A program made the position numbers and the translations under genes. Source: the human T2T-CHM13v2.0 reference genome, Homo sapiens. Taken from it: a DNA stretch of 64,000 bases. Shown here piece by piece: positions 54,801 to 64,000 of this stretch; positions within the stretch are counted from its first letter, which is position 1; each line of letters opens with the position of its first letter. The notes under the pieces are model-generated. The model worked only from the letters and a program-made list of their open reading frames with translations, was not told the DNA's origin and ran no database searches. The DNA lies in the NCBI RefSeq assembly GCF_009914755.1, contig NC_060927.1, one strand, 5' to 3'.

Positions 54801-55814
54801 ACCCTACAAGTTCCAGTAATGGAATTTGTTTTTGACCACCACTCTGTGTGCAGTTGTTTTGGGAAGAGTGAGTCCTCTCTTTTCCCTTTCAGGTTTGCAC
54901 TGGGACTGGCCATTGCTCTGCTGTGAGACTGCCCAGAGTGTGTTACTCCTTTAGTGTGTCCGGTGTCTGGTTAGTGAAGCACAAAGCTTCATTCCCAAGC
55001 TCAAACTGAGCCCTTGCATTGCTGTTATTTTGCTTTCTTCTAACCTTCTCTGTCTACTTTCGGCATGGTTCAATGTATGAAGTATGTCTGCTGAGCTTGG
55101 AAGTTCTCCCTCATCAAAAAAACTGCAACTCTGCTTCACAAGGAGGCCCTGTGTTTTCACTGGAAGAAAAAAAAAAAAAGGTGGCATACAGGGGTGCCTT
55201 CCCAAAGTGCCAATATACCCCACCCCTACCCTCTCAACAGATTCCCCATTTCCCATTTTAAATAAATTTTGTCTCCTAGGAGCCATATCAAGGGGACCTC
55301 TGTCTCTGGGTTGCAACTATAACTACAGGGGTCTGCAGATCTGTTACTGTTTTCTCTTTTCCCTGCTACTCTGAGAGTTACATTTGCACAGTGCCAACAC
55401 CCTATTACTTATTTATTGATAAATTGATTGTCATAACATTCTACAATACACTGCTCCCTCACAATGATTTCTACTCAAGAACCTGCATTTATTTTCTACT
55501 ATCCCAAATTTACTCTCAGTTCTTCCCTCAAGACTTTTAGAAGTCAGGAGCACCAGGGTGAGGAGCAGTAGCAAGGAGCCCGGACTGAGTGCACACTCAC
55601 AGGGCTTTAGGACACAGAGAGAGTGTCTCAGAGGATGCTAACTCAACAACCAGGCTGAGGTGCTGGGTAATAGTCCACAGAATTAGAAAACTTAAACATC
55701 TGTCTAAGGGATTGATTGAAAAAAAAAAGGATGGTCCCTTCATGCAGTAAAATACTATGTTACTGTTTGCCACTTAAAATGATAATGCAGATATATATTT
55801 ATTCACTTAGAAAC

Positions 55815-55950
55815 AGGAGTGTATACAGGTTTTGTGGGGCCTGAAGTTTACATAATTTAGAAACTAAGAAAAAAATAGGTTCAGATACTTGGAAAAAGCC
55901 TATGCCAATGTGGGGCTTTGAAGATAAAGCTTCATAAATATGCTTCATGA
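55815..55950 (+). mobile_element. MER96-like hAT MITE
   Basis: caggttttgtggggcctgaagtttac...gtggggctttgaagataaagcttcat. Confidence 0.65.
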
Positions 55951-55992
55951 AGAAAGTAGTTTCCTGAACAGCATGTAAAATTTTGTTCTTAG

Positions 55993-56494
<502 letters not shown>

Positions 56495-56639
56495 TAGTCT
56501 TTAGTCTTACAGTTTCCAGTCAAAATAGTACTTTCCAAGGTGACTTACATCAGCACCTTTTCTTTAAATGCCAGTTGCTATTATCGGGAGTTGGCACTCC
56601 AGATATGACTGAGGAAACATACACTAAAGACATAATAGT

Positions 56640-57160
56640 TGATTGTAAAGATAGAAGGCCCAATAATTCCTCGCATCTTATGTTATACACAGGTTCCTTT
56701 GCAATGTGACTGTTCTCCTCACATCAAGAGGTAGATTCAGTTTTCTCACCCCTTGAATCTGAGACTGGATTTGTTGCTTGCTTGGGCAGATGGAATGTGC
56801 CAGAATGGTGAGACTTGTGGACCTAAGCCTCCAGAAGCCTGGCAGTTTTTGCTCTTGCCTGCTTGGCACACTGCTGCCCCTAAGAAGGAGCCTGAGGACA
56901 CTCCCTGGAGACATGTGGCTCAGCCAACAGGCAACATCTACTGCCAGATATGTCCGTGAGGCCATTGTAGACCATCCTGTGTTAGCTGAACCACCTAATA
57001 CCTGCAGCCACGTGACTGACCCCAGGCAAAACCCACAGAACTGCCCAGCTGAGGCAGCCTAAATTGCTAACCCACTGAACCGTGAGCATATAAAATGGTG
57101 GTTGATTTATGCTTCTATCTCTGTCTTTAAGGTTTGGTGTAGCAGTATATAAATGATCCT
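56640..57160 (+). mobile_element. MLT1 (G/H-like) MaLR LTR
   Basis: catcaagaggtaga...cccttgaatctg...gtgaggccat...agaactgcccagctgag...cctaaattgct. Confidence 0.75.
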
Positions 57161-57632
57161 GGCACTAACCCAGCCTGGGCATTTTTTCATGTTCAAGGAA
57201 GTTCTTATAACTTACCCCACACAAGTTTTTAGAATATTTCCAATAAGGCTATAATCAGCTAACTTAAAACTCTTGCAGGTCACATGATAAACAATGCTAC
57301 TATTTATACAAATATGAAGTCAAACAATTTTGAAAATTTCATGTTGAATGTATTTCAAATATGAATTTCAAGCAGATTTATATTTGAAAGTATTTTGTTT
57401 AATTTTACCCATTTTATTTTGTTGAGACATTTAAATCTTACATGATTTTCATAAAGATTCCTGATGCTGGATCTTTAGAATATCGGAAGATAGCCAGAGG
57501 TTCCATTTGTAAGTAAGTGGCTAGATAGAACTTCCACCTCGTAGCATTTCCTCAACCATCATGACCCCTGTTCGGCTTTTTTGCAAATTTAATTTTAATT
57601 TTTTGGTTCAGCTTTAAAATTGGAAACTTTCT

Positions 57633-57953
57633 GGCTGCGTGTGGTGGCTCACCCCAAAGTGCTGTAATTGCAGCACTTTGGGAGGCTGAAGTGAGCAGAT
57701 CACTTGAGCCCAGGGTTCCAGATCAGCCTGGGCAACATGGTGAAACCCCATCTCTACAGGAAATATAAAAATTAGCTGGGCATGGTGGCACACACCTCTA
57801 GTCCCAGCACCTCCTCAGGAGTCTGAGGTGGGAGGGATTATCTGAGCCCAGGAGGTCCAGGCTGCAGTGAGCTCTGATGGTTCCACTGCATTCCAGCCTG
57901 GGCGACAGAGCATGACACTGTCTCTAAAAAAATTAATTGAATAAAAAAAAAAA
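57633..57953 (+). mobile_element. AluJ
   Basis: Sense Alu; 11-bp TSD ggaaactttct (57622-57632, 57954-57964). Confidence 0.93.
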
Positions 57954-57984
57954 GGAAACTTTCTACACTTCCTGATTACCCTCA

Positions 57985-57986
<2 letters not shown>

Positions 57987-58029
<43 letters not shown>

Positions 58030-58030
58030 G
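57987..58030. repeat. (TG)n(TA)n microsatellite
   Basis: Directly visible. Confidence 0.95.
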
Positions 58031-59061
58031 TACATATTTTGCTTTCTCTTGTCTCAATTTGTATCTGGGTTATTATGTATTTTTTTCTGCATGTTTTCAC
58101 TTGATGGTTTTGCTCTTTTTCTCCAGTATCAGCCTGGTCAGCTGAGACCCACTATGTCAGGTGAGCTAGGACAGTGCTGACACAGAACTTCTAAGAAAGG
58201 CATCCCCTTCTCTCCAGTCTTGGGGATTATCTTTTGGTACTAAAATCACATTCTCTGACACATAGACTGCCCCTGTGTATGAAGGAGCACCAAAATCCAG
58301 GCAATACTTGGATTAAGAACAATACTCAAACCCATGGCAAGGCAGCCATAGAAAGAAATGGGTATGTTACTCTTTAGTGGAGATGATTCAATAACATTGA
58401 GGGATTACAGCAGAAACTTTTAAAAATACATAACTAATTCTGCTCTTTTCAAAGTTAGAACTGGAAAAGGATGTGAGAAGTTTAGTCCAATAGTTTTTGA
58501 AATTATTATGGGCAGAGGGAAATTTGTATGCAAACAAAAACTACTGTGAATTCCCAATAGATATGGCAGATAAATACAGACCTACTCTGACTGATTGGTA
58601 GCCATCACCTCGTGCGCCACTAGGGTGGGCCCCAAAATAGGCACTTTCTCAGAACTCTATTACTCTGAAAGACAGTTTAAAAAAAAATCACTGAATCTGG
58701 TTCTTCATTTGGTACCTAAGAAAGCAGATCAGGAATGGTGAAGGTCAGTCTACTCAGGCAATTGGGGCAGTTGATGGTAGTACCTGGCCTTGAACCTTGA
58801 AGCCCTGCTTCAGTTCAGGGCTTCTTTCACATACATCCTATTTCTCATTCAATCTCCTTTCACTCAGTAATATTTCATAATTTAAATCTTATTACCAATA
58901 TTTGAGGACCTCTTCTTTTACCCATTTTGTTTTGTTAAGATTTATTTAAAATGGATATGCTTTATATATCTATCATAGTAGGATAATGGATATTAAAAAG
59001 GTATAGTAAATAAAAGAAGTGGGTGAGGAAATACTTAAAACTGTAAATATTGAATTTATCT

Positions 59062-59477
<416 letters not shown>

Positions 59478-60796
59478 TGATTTGTCCATTCTTAACTGGA
59501 TTCATAAAGCTAAGTTCTGAATTATAAGTATGCTGTTACATATTGAAAATTTAGATGAATCTTGGCAATCATGGGGAACATTGTTAAGCTCTGTAGATAT
59601 TCAGCAATGCTTTAGTTCCAAAAAGCTATCCAGGCTGTCAAAAACATATCTAGGTAATTTGGTCCCTGAAGAAAAAGTAATTCGTGTCATGTCTTTGGAA
59701 GAAGAAACCCTTTCCTTTGCTGTTAAGTGAACAGTTTCTTGTTTGATCCCACTTAAAATTCCCAGAAATTCTTTCTTTAAAGTATTTTTACCAAACTAAT
59801 ACTGTGTGGGTTAAGAAGCATTTACTTGCTGCCTTTTTTGGTGTGTTGTATGGGAATAAAAAACTATGAATTCAAGCAGTCAGTTTTTTTTTTATATTCT
59901 TCACGTATGATTTTAATAAAAATTCTAAATCTGAAGTTTGCCAACAGCTAAAAGTAATGGTCATATCTGTTTCATGTTTCTATTTAAAATACTCTTAAGT
60001 CACCTATTAGGAAATAACTCATCTTGATGAGATTACCTTGAGTTTACATGTCCCCTCATATTCAGTGCTACTTGCAAAAAATTTTATGCCTGTAGATTTT
60101 TTAGCTTTGTTCAAATTTTTGGCAAGATTTCTTTTCTGTGTGTGATTTTTGTTTTTTCTTGACAAGTTTCTGACAACCTGATGTTTAAAAAAATATATGT
60201 CTGTGATGTGATCTTCAATACTTGCCTTCACCATTTTATGTTTTGACGCTAAAAAGTTAGCTTGTACCAGGCCTTGAGCTAAACAAAATGTGTTCTCATG
60301 CATGTTGCCACATTTTGAGAGGCTGATCTCTCTTTGTAAGGCATTTCTATTTGTGGCTGAATGTACCTAGAGTTACATATGCTAGATACAGAGAAAAGGA
60401 GTTGTGGCCACAGGAACTCATCCTTCATCTACTTACCACCTGTCTTCAACAAGACCAAGAAGAAATGTTCAGCCTGTGACCAAATAAGAGACTGTTGAAA
60501 AATCATTCTTAAAAGAGGAAAAAGCGTAATCTGAAAATGTGAGACATAGTCATTAATTTTTTTGTCTGTTTACATTTCAAGTCCTCAGGAAACCAAGTTC
60601 ACTTTTACCACTATAAAGTGATTTGTACTGTCTTATCATAGCTAACCATTAGTCCATTAGTTAACGATAAATTTTAGGTGGAATTTCCTAATTGTTGAGC
60701 TCTTTTCTGAAGAGTATAGGAGTGTATTTCATAACACTTCAAATGCCTCATATACTTGTTCCCTTGCATTGGCACTAGTATCAAGTGATTATATAG

Positions 60797-60965
60797 ATTG
60801 CATTGTCCAGTATGGAAGCCATTAGCCACATGAGGCTAATTAAAATTACTTAAAATTAAATAAATAAAAAATTCAGTGCTTCAGTTACTCTAGCCACATT
60901 TTAAATGCTCAGTAGCCACAGTGGCTTGTGGCTACTGTATTGAATACTGCAGATGTAGAACATAT
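60797..60965. mobile_element. MER3/MER33-like hAT-Charlie MITE
   Basis: gtccagtatggaagccattagccacatg...ctagccacattttaaatgctcagtagccac. Confidence 0.75.
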
Positions 60966-62029
60966 GTCCATGTTATTTTCCTGACATGGTTGAGTAATTA
61001 AGTAAAATATATTTTAGAAGAAAGCAGTTTTGTACTTTTAAGTATAATACATTTAGATCTCTGCTTGGAAACTCTGTTTCCCTCTGTAACTTGAAAAATA
61101 TTTAATACAAAGGGCCTGACAGATATGGGTATCTTTAAACAAAACTTTAGGTGAGCTAATCTTTCATAAACGTAGCCTTTCCTTTTCTTTGATTTGCTAC
61201 TGAAAGTATTTTTCCATCTAAAATGTGTTTTAATCACATTATTAAAAGTTTGAAGAAATGCTTGGATTTCCCCCTTTCTCCTCTGAGCAGCCGCCTTATA
61301 AATAAGTATGCATCTCTGGTCAGTAGTGAGATTGGTTGAATGAAAGAGAATGTTTAGGACATTTCTGTGATTTCTATTAAGAAAAAAACATTTGTGTGCT
61401 TTTCTCTGCAAAATGCAAGGATTTTGTCAAATCTTCGATAAAAATCTCTACTGTAATTTCCATATGTACTCTATGGCCTTAAAAGAACTCCTTCTCATCT
61501 TTTGCTTTATACAGTAATGTTCCACATTTAAGTACCATCTGTACCCACCTTTTAGCTCCTTTGCTTCTACTCCAAAGCTGAGTCACCATCAATATTCTTG
61601 TCGTCTTTGAGGCTAGGTCAAGCCTGGAGGACAGTATAAGAAAGATGACCAGGCTTCAGGAAGAAGCGAAGCCAGGAGTTGGAAAGCATCAGTTTCTTTC
61701 TCTCCATTTCTTGTTTCAACTTCTTGCAAGTGTACTTTTAACACAGAGCTAACTCCTGGCTGGGAAGACACCCAAAGGCAATTTCTACATAGACTTAGAG
61801 GATAAAGCTAATGGAGTTCATAGAGTGTTGGTTACTAGCAGAAGGTTGGGCCTGGGGTGGGGATCTCTTCTAATAAGAAACCTTAGGCCTTGTACTCAAT
61901 ACAGCAGGTCAGAAAGTCGGTGTCCATGAAATCTGATGTCTAGGAGGCCAGAGGCTTCAGGAAGGAATCGGAGGAGTATAGCACCTTACTTTCACCTTAC
62001 TTCTCTTTTAATTGGGAGAAGATTTTTAC

Positions 62030-62345
62030 CTGGGCTCCTTGTATGGCTTGTATTCAATGTCAGCTCAACTGTCACATACTCAGAGAGGCCTTTTATGACC
62101 TATTTAAAGCAACCCCCATATCACATATAAAGCACTCTGTCAAAATTACTCTGTTTTGTCTCCTTTACAAGCATTTATTTTTCTGGAATTATCTGGTTGG
62201 TTTACTTATTATTTGCTCTCTCTTTCCTCTGCCTTTCATGATGTCAGAAGTCTTTTCCAACTTGTTTTTTTTTTTGTCTCTAATAGCTAGCACAATGCCT
62301 AGCAAATTTCAGGAACACAATAAATATCTGTTCAGTGGATGACTA
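62030..62345 (+). mobile_element. L2 3' end
   Basis: cagctcaactgtcac..ctcagagaggcctt...agcacaatgcctagc...caataaatatctgttcagtggatga. Confidence 0.7.
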
Positions 62346-63176
62346 GGAGCACAGATTACTATTGTAGAATTGGACCTAAGATCAGTAAGTAATTCCAGGA
62401 CTTAGGAAATTGCATGGTGCCTTGATGCTCTAGAACTGAGTGAAAATTTTTCTAGTCCTATCATAGGGAGAATCTCCCCTGCCATGTTTCTGGGGCCTAA
62501 AAGTACTTAATTATTACATCTGTGTTTCAGTGAAGTTGGGAAATCAAGACTTAGCCAGTTTATGATCAAATCTCAATATAGAACAGGGGAGTATGTGCTC
62601 AGAATATAGAGGGCCCTTGGGCACATCTATGCTCTATAAAGAAGGGCTCAGCTGTCTCTGACAGATTATTGTTTCACATCTATTGACTGCCTCCCAGATT
62701 CAAGGGAAGACAAATGGGACTATTGGTTAAGGAAGAAGTGGCTGCAGCTATTGTACTAGGTTTCCAATAGGGATTTTTTTTTGTCATTGTTGGTCATGGT
62801 AGTTAATGAAACAGAAATTTAAGTCATCTCTCTATATTTGAAGGATTCTATGAACAGGCAGTATATCTGCCTTTAAGCCTGAGTGTTGGTATTAGGACAT
62901 AATTTTTTTCTCGTAAAGTTTGTCAACATTTCTGATGTCATGAAAGTCAAACAAGGTAATATATAGTTTTTTTTTCTTCCTTTTGGGCTTTCTGAGGAAT
63001 TAACTTTATAGAAAGATAGAAATGAATCTTCATTTAAACAGAGATGTTTCTTCAAGAAGAAAGATGAAGTTTGGAAGAAGTCAGAGAAGCTGGTTAGTTG
63101 TGAGCATTAACATTTTTACTAGAACTTCAAAGCAAATGATACGTTCTGGTAACACTGCATTGGAAATGCACTGCAA

Positions 63177-63435
63177 CCTGTAGTCCCAGCTATTCAGGAG
63201 GCTGAGATGGCAGAATCACCTGAACCCAGGAGGCGGAGGTTGCAGTGAGCCAAGATCATGCCACTACGCTCCAGCAGGGGTGACAGAGTGAGACTCCGTC
63301 TCAAAGCCACTACACTCCAGCAGGGGTGACAGAGTGAGACTCAGTCTCAAAGCCACTACACTCCAGCAGGGGTGACAGAGTGAGACTCCATCTCAAAAAA
63401 AAAAAAAAAAAAAAAAAAGAAAAGAAAAAGAAAAA
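63177..63435 (+). mobile_element. 5'-truncated Alu (right monomer) with a triplicated 46-bp 3' end
   Basis: cctgtagtcccagct... followed by 3 x gccactacRctccagcaggggtgacagagtgagactc..tctcaaa, poly-A, and TSD gaaatgca (63163, 63436). Confidence 0.92.
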
Positions 63436-64000
63436 GAAATGCATCAGTCTATATAACCTGAAAGTCATTTTTTTTTTCTGGAATAGTCATTTCTTTGTTT
63501 TGCTCTAAGAATAAACTTGTTTTTACAGAGCCAGAATGCATTGCTCTCTAAAGATCAAGTTTTAGCAATCTTAGACTAAACAAATGAGCTTAACTTAAGA
63601 ACTTGTGGCTTTCACCACAGCTTCTTCTCCCTGTACTTATGAGTTCATTATTTATACTCTATTCTGGGGAAAATTAAGTAATGCAAGTAAGGACTGCTTA
63701 TTCTAGAATATATTAGGAAAGGGGAGATTTTAGCATGTGTTCCTCCTAAGTCCTCTTAGAAGAATTTGCACTTTAGGATCATGCACACTTCCCAGGGCTG
63801 GTGTGAAAACACACTCAAAACGTTCAGGTCTTCACAGAGATATGTCAGGTACTAATCTCAGCTCTACACCCTCAGTTCCAAAGTTCTATTGAAACTGTGC
63901 TGGGTGAATCTCATTGACCTTTTAGAAAAGCCCAATGCTTATACAGAGAAGTAGGATGTAAGTATCCTAGACCCCTTTTCCTAATAATACCTTTCACTAA

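Overview
AT-rich, repeat-dense mammalian genomic DNA. The Alu, THE1, MST and L1PA content indicates a primate, almost certainly human. It holds one complete protein-coding gene on the + strand, recognised from its translation as DIPK2A (C3orf58/DIA1/HASF/GoPro49), a secretory-pathway divergent kinase-fold protein of the FAM69/DIPK family. Three coding exons (26964-27620, 40170-40473, 44137-44468) join with GT-AG splice sites and consistent phases into a 430-aa ORF. The gene has a CpG-island promoter (~25500-27900) and a ~2.5 kb 3' UTR ending near AATAAA at 46971. A candidate alternative first exon in intron 1 (ATG 28164, donor 28194) would give a 221-aa signal-peptide-less isoform. The rest is intergenic or intronic sequence with SINEs, LINE fragments, MaLR/ERV solo LTRs and DNA-transposon fossils. 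Nearly all other ORFs in the supplied track are repeat-derived or GC-content artefacts. I found no evidence of a new multi-gene biological system. The most interesting signals are the alternative isoform, RNA-structure elements around the start codon and first donor, inverted Alus around exon 2, and several template-switch or tandem-duplication scars inside old repeats. Repeat subfamily names were assigned by eye from remembered consensus sequences and need RepeatMasker/Dfam confirmation.
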